Shown here one piece after another: positions 52,329 through 61,815 of a DNA stretch of 64,000 nt. The notes beneath the pieces were generated by a model that saw only the letters and a list, made by a program, of their open reading frames with translations, searched no databases and was not told where the DNA came from. The stretch is from contig NC_057861.1 in assembly GCF_019393635.1 (NCBI RefSeq), positions 633,012,827 to 633,076,826 on the forward strand, written 5' to 3'. The stretch is from Dromiciops gliroides (Eukaryota). The position numbers and the translations under genes were made by a program. How positions within the stretch are numbered: position 1 is the stretch's first letter; each line of letters starts with the position of its first letter.

Positions 52329-52388
52329 GTGGAGGACCTGGGGCTGGTGGAGGGCATCTCCGACAAGCAGGTGGCCACCTTCCTGAAG
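52329..52388 (+). CDS. KIF22: KIF22 coding exon 13 (VEDLGLVEGISDKQVATFLK)
   Basis: Matches the remembered human [20 protein letters not shown]; acceptor ccccgcag|, donor AAG|GTACGG. Confidence 0.88.
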
Positions 52389-52468
52389 GTACGGAGGTGG
52401 GGGAGGGGGCCGGGGCGGGCAGGGCCGGGCCGATCGCGGCTCTAATTCCCTTCCCTCTCCTTTTCCAG

Positions 52469-52528
52469 GCCAACATCTTGAGTTTCGCCGCCGAGTGCTT
52501 CAGCGCCTTGCCCCGGAGGGACGCCTGA
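52469..52528 (+). CDS. KIF22: KIF22 coding exon 14, terminal (ANILSFAAECFSALPRRDA*)
   Basis: Acceptor ttttccag|; the human C-terminus is ANILGLAAGQRCGAS*; stop TGA at 52526-52528. Confidence 0.8.
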   Translation, partial: ANILSFAAECFSALPRRDA

Positions 52529-52880
52529 GTGCCGCCGGCCGCCCAGGAGCCCCGGCATTCTGTCCGTGTATTATTTGGGGGTGGGGGGAGGGTTTTGTAA
52601 ATAGAGCGTTTTATCCAGTCGCCTCTGCCTGATTCTTGGGGGATGGGGGGCTCCCGGAGCCCGCCGTCTGCGCCTCTGCCCTCGGCTGGGGGAGAGGGGG
52701 GAATGTCATCGCTGTGTACTAGCGCGGGGGCTAATTACCGATGATCTATTTTCCAACATCATTTAACATTCGCCCCCTTTTCTCCAGGGTAATGTAGTCC
52801 CTCTCGGTAAAATGAGCGGGGAGGGCTGACAGCCGCCATCTTTTAGGGAAAAGAGGGGGAGGGGAAGAGCGACAATTGTA

Positions 52881-52886
52881 AATAAA
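52881..52886 (+). terminator. KIF22: Candidate AATAAA poly(A) signal for KIF22, ~350 nt after the stop
   Basis: TGTAAATAAACTCC; the only canonical hexamer between the KIF22 stop and the MAZ promoter. Confidence 0.4.
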
Positions 52887-53515
52887 CTCCTGGGGGGAGG
52901 GACGGTGGCCGAAACACGGCAAAATACATTTGTGAGGCCTGGAGGGCGACGACCGTTAGGCGCGTGCCTAGGGTTTTCTCCGCCCCTCCCATCGATACGC
53001 GCGCGCCCAAGCTCCTCGTTCAGCCAAGGGAGAGACATTATGCGCGTGCGCGCGGAATAACGGCCGCTGGCGGAGAAAGGAGGGGGGGGACTCGGTAGAG
53101 GGAGGGGGAGCCGCCCCATCCCCCGCGTGCCCACCACCTGCACCATCCTAGGCCAATCAGCGCTTGTCTTGAGGGTCTCGCGCTAACGGAGGCTGGGGCA
53201 GCTGGGTGCCTCCCCTCCCCCTCCCCCTCTCGCCCGAGTCCCTCTCTCTCTCTTCCCCCTCCCCCCCTGGACTCGCGCGCCCGCGCTCGCGCTTGCCCGA
53301 GACTCCGTGTGTGTGTCCTCGCGCCCCCCTCCCGCCCGCTCGCCCGCCCTCCCCGCGCGCAGTGTGTGCTCCGCTCCCCCCCCCATCCTCCTCCTCCCAT
53401 CCCTCCCGCCCCGCGCGCCTCCCGCCCGCCCTCCTCCTCCCTCTGGTCCCCCCTCCCCCCACCTCCTCCTCCCGCCCCGGGGTGAGCGCGAGCCGCCTCC
53501 CTCCCTCCCTCCGCC

Positions 53516-53551
53516 ATGGATCCAGGCAACTGGAGCAGCTTCATCTTCCAG
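53516..53551 (+). CDS. MAZ: Candidate alternative MAZ 5' coding mini-exon (MDPGNWSSFIFQ) with donor CAG|GTAACA; phase 0, compatible with the MAZ exon 2 acceptor
   Basis: ATG in strong Kozak context (cgccATGG), 12 codons, then a perfect GTAACA donor; the 54808 acceptor is phase 0. Confidence 0.45.
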
Positions 53552-54484
53552 GTAACAACCCCCCCCTCCCCCCACCCCCCCCACGCCTTCTCCTCCCCCC
53601 CCACCCCATCTCCCTCCCTACACCCCCCTCCCTCCCTTCCGTTCCACCCCCCCCTCCGCGCGCCCGGTGCGCGCGCAGCTGCCCCCCTCCTTCCCTCCCT
53701 CCCTCCCCGAGGCGCAGAGAGGGAGCGCGCGCGGCGGGGGCAGAGGCTTCTCCCTCGCGCTCCCCCCTCCCCCCACCCACCCCGGGGATTCCAACCGCCG
53801 CAGCGTACCGGGCGCCCAGCCCGCCGCCTCGCGCCGCTTCCCGCGTCGTCTCGCCCTCCATTCCCGCTCCCTTCCCGGGTCCTGCCCCTCGGCCCCGCCC
53901 CCCCCTCGGCTCCTGCACCAGCTCTTGCTCCCCACCTGAGGGGACTTTTTCCCCCTCCCGCCTAGGGGGCGTTGCCTCTCTCCGCCTCAGCCTTCCGAGC
54001 GGGTGGGGTGGCAGTTGGTCCTCTCGCCTTCTGGGAGGGGATGTGGATGTGACTGGCCCCCAGCCCCCACTGCCCGGCGCGCTCCCTCAACAATGAGGGG
54101 AGGCGGCCTCCCCAGGTCAAAAACGATTGTTCTCTTGCAGTGAGGAGAGTGGTGTGCCATTGAGGGGGGTCGGGGGGCTGACCCCACAACCCCGGGCTTC
54201 CTGCCACCACCACCCGGCTTCGGCTGGCTTGGCTCTCCCTTCTTCCGGAGCACATTGCCCTTTTGGCCACTTTGGAGGCAATTTGCGGGGCCGTCTCCCC
54301 CCGAGGGGACCTGACCTTTCCCCCCAATTAAGGGGACGGGCACTTTCATGAGGATTACGCTCTTTTTTCCAGTTTTATTGTTTATATGACACTTTTAATC
54401 CAGGGAGCTCAAGAAGCTGTTTTAAGGGGTCGTTACCCCAAGTACTCCTGCCCTCTCTTCCTAACACCTTACTGGCTGGAGGCC

Positions 54485-54676
54485 ATGTTTCCTGTTTTCC
54501 CCTGCACCCTCCTGGCCCCCCCATTCCCTGTATTGGGATTGGATTCCAGGGGGGTTGGCAATCTAATGAACTCTTTTCCCCCACCTCAGGGTCACGCCCA
54601 GAATCCCCTGCAGGTTGGGGCTGAGCTTCAGTCCCGGTTCTTTGCATCCCAGGGCTGCAACCAGAGTCCATTCCAG
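54485..54676 (+). CDS. MAZ: MAZ (MYC-associated zinc finger) coding exon 1 (MFPVFPCTLLAPPFPVLGLDSRGVGNLMNSFPPPQGHAQNPLQVGAELQSRFFASQGCNQSPFQ)
   Basis: In-frame within ORF 54386..54994; almost identical to the remembered human MAZ N-terminus; donor CAG|GTGAGT. Confidence 0.9.
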
Positions 54677-54807
54677 GTGAGTACTCTGAGTACCAGGTGG
54701 AGGTTGGGGGATGAGGGGGTACACAGGATATGGGGTTCTGGGAGATTATCGAGGAGTGGGACACCTTTGTCCCACACGGTCTTTCCGCTCCCTTCTTTCC
54801 CTCTCAG

Positions 54808-55649
54808 GCTGCCCCAGCCCCCCCACCGACTCCTCAGGCCCCATCTGCTGAGCCCCTCCAGGTTGACCTCCTCCCTGTCCTCGCTGCAGCCCAGGAATCT
54901 GCTGCTGTGGCAGCAGCGGCCGCAGCAGCGGCCGCAGCTGCAGCTGCCCCCCCAGCCACTGCCACAGCTTCCACAGTGGACACAGCAGCCCTGAAGCAAC
55001 CCCCTGCACCGCCTCCACCACCCCCTCCGACCTCTGCACCAGCTCCTGAAGCTGCACCTCCAGCTACAATTGCTGCTGCTACTGCCACAGCTGCTGCTGC
55101 CCCAACCTCCACAGCTGTTGTAGCTCCTGTAGCTACTGCTCTGGAGAAGAAATCAAAGAGCAAAGGGCCATATATCTGTGCCCTCTGTGCCAAGGAGTTT
55201 AAGAACGGCTATAATCTTCGACGGCATGAAGCCATCCATACGGGTGCCAAGGCTGGGCGGGCTGGCCCAGGTGCTATGAGGATGCCCACCATGGTGCCCC
55301 TGAGTCTCCTGAGTGTGCCAGCAACACTGGGCGGAGCTGGTGGGGGTGGGGGTGAAGGGGGTGCTGGGGGTGGAGGGGCTGGAGTTGGTGGAGGCGGCGT
55401 GGTAACCACCACAGCCTCTGGGAAGCGGATCCGGAAGAACCACGCATGTGAGATGTGCGGAAAGGCCTTCCGTGATGTCTACCACCTGAACCGGCACAAG
55501 CTGTCACACTCTGATGAGAAGCCGTACCAGTGCCCTGTCTGTCAGCAGCGCTTCAAGCGCAAGGACCGCATGAGCTACCATGTGCGCTCACATGACGGCG
55601 CTGTGCACAAGCCCTACAACTGCTCCCACTGTGGCAAGAGCTTTTCCCG
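54808..55649 (+). CDS. MAZ: MAZ coding exon 2 (poly-Ala/Pro-rich region plus C2H2 zinc fingers 1-4: YICALCAKEF..HACEMCGKAF..YQCPVCQQRF..YNCSHCGKSFSR-)
   Basis: ORF 54730..55782; C2H2 finger signatures and the human-like EKKSKSKGPYICALCAKEFKNGYNLRRHEAIHTG; donor CG|GTGTGC gives SFSR|PDHL continuity with exon 3. Confidence 0.88.
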
Positions 55650-55988
55650 GTGTGCACAGGGATGGGCCACCCACAAGGGGGGGAGGGAGAGATGCCCATC
55701 AGGCAAAGGCTGCTTCCAAGGATGGGGGAGGAGAGAAGGTAGTGTCAATATAATGAGGGCAAAAGGGAGAGGCCTCACCTAAAGGAGACCTCAAGAAAAG
55801 GGATGACCTCACAGAGGGAAGAGAAGTCTTGCATGAGGGGAGGGATTTCTGGGTAAATAACAGTTGCTGGACTTCAAAAAAGAATGCACTCTCTAATGGG
55901 AAGAAACACAGTACAGAGTAGGGGAGGTGGGGTCACCCCCACCTTTAAGGCCAAAGGCCTAACCCCTTCCCCTAACAAATTCCCCCAG

Positions 55989-56052
55989 GCCAGACCACCT
56001 CAACAGCCACGTCAGACAGGTGCACTCAACAGAACGGCCCTTCAAATGTGCG
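55989..56052 (+). CDS. MAZ: MAZ coding exon 3 (-PDHLNSHVRQVHSTERPFKCA)
   Basis: Acceptor tcccccag|; matches the remembered human PDHLNSHVRQVHSTERPFKC; donor GCG|GTATGG. Confidence 0.85.
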
Positions 56053-56335
56053 GTATGGAGACCTTGATGTACTGATACTTTTTTCATTATTTAAACCCCT
56101 TTTTTATCTATCTAGACTCAAGCCTCTCAGATCTCATTCTCTCAGAATTCTTGTTTCTAGTTGGCCTTTAATTCAATTCTTATTCCTTCTTAAAGGCTTA
56201 ATCTTTTCATTCCTATTTGTCTATGGCTCTAAGATCCCATACTCCACATTTCTGGGGCTCTGACTTTATTCCCCCATCCCCAATACCCCTCCCCTCTAAC
56301 AACTCTTAATTTCTCCTCTGACTTCTCCATCCCAG

Positions 56336-56507
56336 ACATGTGAAGCAGCATTTGCTACCAAGGACCGACTTCGAGCACATACAGTGAGGCATGAAGAAAA
56401 GGTGCCATGCCACGTATGTGGCAAGATGCTGAGCGCAGCCTACATCTCTGACCACATGAAGGTGCACAGCCAGGGGCCTCACCACGTCTGCGAACTCTGC
56501 AACAAAG
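56336..56507 (+). CDS. MAZ: MAZ coding exon 4 (TCEAAFATKDRLRAHTVRHEEKVPCHVCGKMLSAAYISDHMKVHSQGPHHVCELCNKG-)
   Basis: Acceptor atcccag|; near-identical to the remembered human zinc fingers 5-6; donor AAAG|GTAGGG (phase 1). Confidence 0.9.
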
Positions 56508-57590
56508 GTAGGGAGGGAAGACACTGGAAGGGACTAGGGGAGAAATAGCAAAGGGCTCACTACACTGTTGAATTCCATCACAAAGGTAGGACTGTAGCAG
56601 AGGGGAATGGTTTCCTGATGTATGGTTCAAAGGATCAGTTAGGTTCCCCTTGGATAAAAAGAGTGTAGCTACATCTGGGTAAACACAGAAGCTTAATAAG
56701 ACCTAAAGTTAGCAGAACCATATTTATAAGGGAGAAAGCAGTTTACTTCTGAGAAGTGAAGCTCCCATCTTCTAAGTCTTAGTGCAGAAAAGGTGGCTGA
56801 GACTCAGTTACCTCTGGGAAAGAAGTAGCCAAGTAGCAAAAACTTCATGGGAAATTGAGAACTGGTTTCCCTCATTGTTGAGAAACAGAGGACACAACTT
56901 CTTCTGCAAGAGGGATACAATCCACTGAGAACAAGTTGACTGGATATAATGGGCCCATCAGAGTTTGGGGAAGAATATGCAACAACTAGTACTTGTGGAA
57001 GGACACACCAGGCAGAGAATACTAAACCCTTTGGGTGACAGTAACTCTTAACTGGAATGGGGGGTTGGGGAGTAACAGATGCAAAACCTGCATCTGAGAG
57101 ATATTATGGGTAGCTCTGGGGAGGAATACTTGAATAGAACAAGCTTCCTTTAAATGAAGTTTCCTCAGGGAACCAAATCCTTAGGGTTTGGGGGGGTTGG
57201 GGGACACAGCCGTCTCTGGGGAAGGATACATTCACTTAGGATTCCTAATTACTCAGGGCATTTATTCTATCTATCTCCTGCCACCTCTGGAGAGGGTTTT
57301 GCCAGTTGGGAAGAATCAGCTCTATGGGTCCTGGAGAGAGAGGTCACAGCTATCTCTGGGAAGGAATATCTTGCCAAATAGACAAAGTTCTAAGTTTGGG
57401 GAATGAAAAGATAATACCACCTCTGGGCAGAAGACCACAACCTGAATAGAAAAATATTTCCCAGGTTGTTGGGTATAGCTGACCTAACTATTACTGGGGA
57501 AGTGAGTTCCCAAACTAGGAGAAAATCCCCGTCTCCGGGGTCTCCACTTAGCTGATCCCTGTCCCTGTCCCCATCCCGGTCACCCCGTAG

Positions 57591-57808
57591 GCTTCACTAC
57601 GGCGGCATACCTGCGCGTCCATGCGGTGAAGGACCACGGGCTCCAGGCCCCCCGGCCCGACCGGCTCCTGTGCAAGCTCTGCAGTGTGCACTGCAAGACC
57701 CCCACCCAGCTGGCTGGCCACATGCAGACCCACCTCGGGGGGGCCGCACCCCCTGTCCCTGGAGACGCCCCCCAGCCACAGCCACCACCGCCGCAGCCCA
57801 CCTGCTGA
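57591..57808 (+). CDS. MAZ: MAZ coding exon 5, canonical terminal (-FTTAAYLRVHAVKDHGLQAPRPDRLLCKLCSVHCKTPTQLAGHMQTHLGGAAPPVPGDAPQPQPPPPQPTC*)
   Basis: ORF 57626..57808; acceptor caccccgtag|; the remembered human ends ...GDAPQPQPTC*. Confidence 0.88.
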
Positions 57809-58231
57809 GGGAAACCCCTGCACCCACCAGGCAAGGCTCGGCGCACGGCTGGTGGGGCATGGGGGGTTGAGGGGTGGAAGGGGATCAGAGGACCCCATGG
57901 GTAGGATAGGGGTATTTAGGAAGGCCCGAGGGCAGGATAGGTTACTAGGGAATATAGGCTAGGGAGGATACTTGGGGTAGGGAGGGCCTTTGAGGAGAAC
58001 TTTTGAAGTGTCTCCAAGGGAAAGAAGACAGGCTGGAAAGAGAAAACCTGAACCTCTGGAGAGGAAGCAGGAAATGTGCAACGGCTGTGTCCCAGGGGAG
58101 GGAATGGTAGAAGAAACAGCTTCCCAGGCAGAGAGGGGAAGCAGCTACCAGGGAGAAAGATCTTGCCACAGGTTCCACAATAACTCTTTCTCTCTCTTTT
58201 CCCCTTCTCTTCCCCTCCCTATTCGATGCAG

Positions 58232-58392
58232 GTACAGGTGAGGTTTGTCCTATGGCAGCAGCAGCATCAGCAGCGGCGGCGGCGGCAGCAGCAGCAGCAG
58301 TTGCAGCAGCTACCCCCACAGCTGTGGGCTCCCTTTCTGGGGCAGAGGGTGTCCCTGTGAGCTCTCAGCCACTTCCCTCACAGCCCTGGTGA
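58232..58392 (+). CDS. MAZ: Candidate alternative MAZ 3' terminal exon (-TGEVCPMAAAASAAAAAAAAAAVAAATPTAVGSLSGAEGVPVSSQPLPSQPW*), joined from exon 4 and skipping exon 5
   Basis: Acceptor gatgcag| in phase 1, matching the exon 4 donor; poly-Ala tail and C-terminus resemble a human MAZ splice isoform as I recall it; the minus-strand ORF 57945..58319 is its mirror image. Confidence 0.5.
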
Positions 58393-59333
58393 GCCCTGAG
58401 GTGGGGGTTGGGGTATAGAGGAAAGGCCTCAGTCCCCTCTCTCCTCTCCCACCCCTTTCCCACCAACTCAGTTCCTTCCCCCCCACCAACCAAGGAGCCA
58501 CCAGAAGGAAGGAGTGAAGAAATGTTTTCTTAGGGGAATTCACTAGATTTTAAACATTTGTTTCTCTTCTCTCTCCCCTCTCCCCGTATGAACCCCATTG
58601 TTCCTCTGATGATTTGGGGGCCCCCTAGACTGATATCAGGGGTGGCAGAGGACATGCCAGCTGTTTCATTGCCCTCTCCATCACCCTTCCCATGCTCTCC
58701 CAGGGATTCAAGAACCTTTTTCCCTTAAAGGTCCTCTTCCTTCCCACCTTTCCAGTTCCCTATTTGCCTACTGTCTGCTGCCCATCCCTGGGGAGTTGGT
58801 GCTGTTTAAATGGGGGGGGAGGGGCAGGATAAGAGTGCAGAGGAAGAAAGAAGAAAAATCAAAGATTCTGTCCTGGATGTGGGGAGGAGAGATTTAGAAA
58901 GAGACTGAGGTGAGGGACAAACAATAAAGGACTTAGTGTCACAAGTGGAGGTTTGTTTGGGGTCCTTGGCCCTAATTTTATCCTTCTGGAATGTGTCATA
59001 AAGAAGACTGGGCGAGCGAGGGAATAAAACATTTTGGGGAGAAGGCAGAGTAAGAGGCAGGACCTTGGGAGAGGGGAGTAGGGTAAGTAAAGGACAGAAT
59101 GAGAGGATAGAGTTTTGGGGGGTGCCAGAAAATAAAGGTGCTTCCCAGGGGGGGAATGCAGCAGCAGTATTTCCCCCATCCCCTCTCATCTCAACTGTAG
59201 CTCTGTCTTTTTTTTTATCCCTTTTTTCCCCTCCTCTCCCCAACAGAAATTGTGGCCCTAGCCATGACATCGTGTTCCTGTGTCCCCTGCATGTTCCCCA
59301 CCCTTCACCCCTTCCCTTTGCGGACCCCATTAC

Positions 59334-59339
59334 AATAAA
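59334..59339 (+). terminator. MAZ: AATAAA poly(A) signal, likely end of the MAZ 3' UTR
   Basis: CATTACAATAAATTTTAAAC, ~1.5 kb after the canonical stop, before the PRRT2 CpG island. Confidence 0.5.
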
Positions 59340-59899
59340 TTTTAAACAAAAACAGATACCTGATTCTGGCTATTTGTCTCTTACCCCACTACCATCAATC
59401 ACACGGAGACACCTACAGCTGCCAACCTGGGGTCAACAGCAGCAGCCCCCACTGCCATCCTCCCACCCACCCAGACACCAGAGTCTGTTTCCTTCTTCCT
59501 TTGGGCCCTGATCCCAGACTCAGTTCTCTATTTAATCTCCCTCCTCGGCCGAGGACACCAGTGGTTGCAGCCCAGATGCAGGGTGGAGCAGGGAGGATCC
59601 AGTGTCTGTGGCTAGCAAGCTCCAGGACTCCTAGGTCTCTGGGGAAATCCCTGCCCTGGGGAAGCAAATCACTATTCGAGGCTGCTGCTAGACCTTCGCG
59701 GGCTATCTGCTCCCTTTAGGGCAGAGTCAGCTCCCCCCAGCATCCCTGCCAAAGGGCATAATCTTGGGACCCCACAGTCAAATACCTGCAAAGTCATGTC
59801 ATCGATGCAAGCTGGAACAGTGGCAAGGCTGGGGAAAGTCTGAGAGCCCCAGTACGGGGTGGGTGGGGCCAGCGAAGAGGGGAAGTTGCAGTTGGCCCC

Positions 59900-60700
59900 T
59901 ACCGACACCCAATTCCTGCCTTTACCTCCCTTGGAGCTCACCAGCCTTCCCTGAGGTGCTCCTTCACAGCCCCTTTACCTGCGTCCCACCTCCCAATCCC
60001 TTCCTTTCCACGTCCTTGTCACTCTCTCGGACCCTTTCCGGCTGCTCCTGGTCCACCTCTCAGCGAGGAAAGGGGGAACCCTTTCTTCTCGCGCTCCCCT
60101 GTGGGTCCTTTCCCTCTCCCACCGCCCATACCCTGACCCCGCAGCCTAGCCTGTCCCCCCGTCTCCGGACACAGCCCCGGTTCCCCTCCCCTTCCCCCCA
60201 TGCCAGCCTCTCCCGTCTGGTCTCACACCCCGCACCGCAGCCCTTCAAGCTGAGGGAGGGGGAGGGGAAGTTCGGTGACCGTTGGGCAGGAGGGGGGGCG
60301 CGAGGGCCTGGGGGGTTCGCTGGGTGAGGAGGGGTGGGGGCGCGAGGCAACCTGCTGGTTGCCAGGGTAACTCAGGGCCCCAGCGCGCGAGGCTCCCCCG
60401 AGTCCAGGATGGGAGGGGAGGCGATGGAGTGCAGGGGGGGCGGGGGCGGTGCGCGCAAGGCGGGGTGGAAGGAGGGAGGGGGGACCGCTGCCTTGCTCGC
60501 TCGCTCGCTGGCTCGCACGCTTGCTCCCGGGCTGCTGCAGCAGCGGCGGCGGCGGCAGGAACATCCCCCAGGGCTCTGGGAAAAGAAGAGAAGGTGAGCT
60601 GAGGGTGTTTCGGAAGGCCTGGGGGCCTGGGGGCCGGGGGAGGCTAGGAGGGGAAGAGATTCACTATATGAATGTAGGGTGCATGGACTCACGGAGCCCC
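59900..60700. promoter_or_regulatory. PRRT2: CpG island / likely PRRT2 promoter and non-coding first exon (candidate donor AGAAG|GTGAGC near 60594)
   Basis: GC- and CpG-rich block (gctcgctcgctcgctggctcgcacgc, (GCG)n) ~1.2 kb upstream of the PRRT2 ATG; GTGAGC donor after cagcagcggcggcggcggcagg. Confidence 0.45.
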
Positions 60701-61815
60701 GGCACAAGAATGCGGGGTCTCTGCGGGTGGGAGGGAGGTACCGAGGCTCTGGATGGGGCTTGAGAAGCTGGGGGGGGGGGGAGGATACTTGCGAAACCAA
60801 GATGTTAAAGGGAATGTAAAGGCACGGAGATCTGAGGGGGAAAGGCAGCAGGGAGGGTGACGCTCCCCTGGGAGAAGGGATTGGAGACAGATAAGGAAGG
60901 GATTCCCCCTTCTCTAGGGGAGGGGGCTCCATATGCACGCAGTAAGAAAACCACCAGTCTGAGCTGGGGGGGGGGGGGAGTGTGAGGAAGGGAGGAAGAA
61001 GGGATGGAGAGAGTTACCAAACGAGGGAGATTGGAGCCAGTTTGAGGGGAAATGGAGGAAGGAGGGGAGAGCGCAGGGTGACATAGAAAGGAAGAATGTC
61101 CATCTGCCTGGGAGTGGGCTCATCGGCGTGCCTGTGAGACTGTATTTGCTAGGCAAGGTGGTGAGTGACTGCCTGCCTGACTGCCTGCCTCCCTGCCTGC
61201 CTCCTTATGCCTCAGCGTCTGGATCTGTCTATGCGTGTCTGCATCTCTGTCCATGGCTGAGTTTCTCTGGATGATACAGGGAAGGGGGGACCCTCAAGAA
61301 AGTGAGGGTGGGTGGAGAGCTGAAGGAAGGCTAGCTTTCTGCTCCTGGTACCCAAAGGGTTAACCCAGGTCTCTCCAGAACTATAGACAGCTGAGTGAAA
61401 GAGAACCTCACTTTCTAAGGCACCCCATTGCCTTCCTCATTTCCAGCATCGCAGCACCACCTCCCCACCTTAAACCCCACCCCACCCCCACTTCACTGCT
61501 GTCCCACCTGGAGGGAAGGAAAGTCTCAGCTCTTTCTATTACTTACCCAATGCTGCTAACCTACCCTCTAGCCCAGAGGAGAAAGCGGGCATCTCTTGAG
61601 GTCCTTCCCTCTGAGTCTGTTAACACTTAGCCACTACCTTGGCCCTCTTCAGAGTCAGAGGTGCCTCTGTTCAGAGCCAGCTGAGGCTCCTGGGCTCCAT
61701 ATTCTATACTTTCCCTTCCCCAGACCCAGCTGTGTCTCCTCTTATTCCAGGATATCCTGTTGCTGCTCTCTCCCCTTCCCCCCACTATCCTATCCCTCCC
61801 CTATCCTATCTCAAG

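Larger units (their letters stand above)
52600..54480. promoter_or_regulatory. MAZ: CpG island / MAZ promoter and 5' UTR; extremely C-rich top strand with CCCTCCC(C) repeats
   Basis: GC content far above flanks, dense CpG, repeated CCCTCCCC/GGGAGGG elements and GC-boxes immediately 5' of the MAZ ATG at 54485. Confidence 0.7.

Noticed and set aside
53038-54349. Multiple overlapping 100-300-aa Pro/Gly/Arg-rich ORFs on both strands (e.g. 53206..54096, 53038..53604)
   Set aside because: They lie in the GC-rich, low-complexity CpG island / MAZ 5' UTR. ORFs on both strands in all frames are expected at ~75% GC. They have no homology signature and a codon periodicity typical of compositional bias.
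57945-58319. Minus-strand 124-aa ORF MGVAAATAAAAAAAAAADAAAA...
   Set aside because: It is the reverse complement of the GCN-rich MAZ alternative terminal exon and 3' UTR. The plus-strand reading matches a conserved MAZ isoform C-terminus, so the minus ORF is a mirror artefact.
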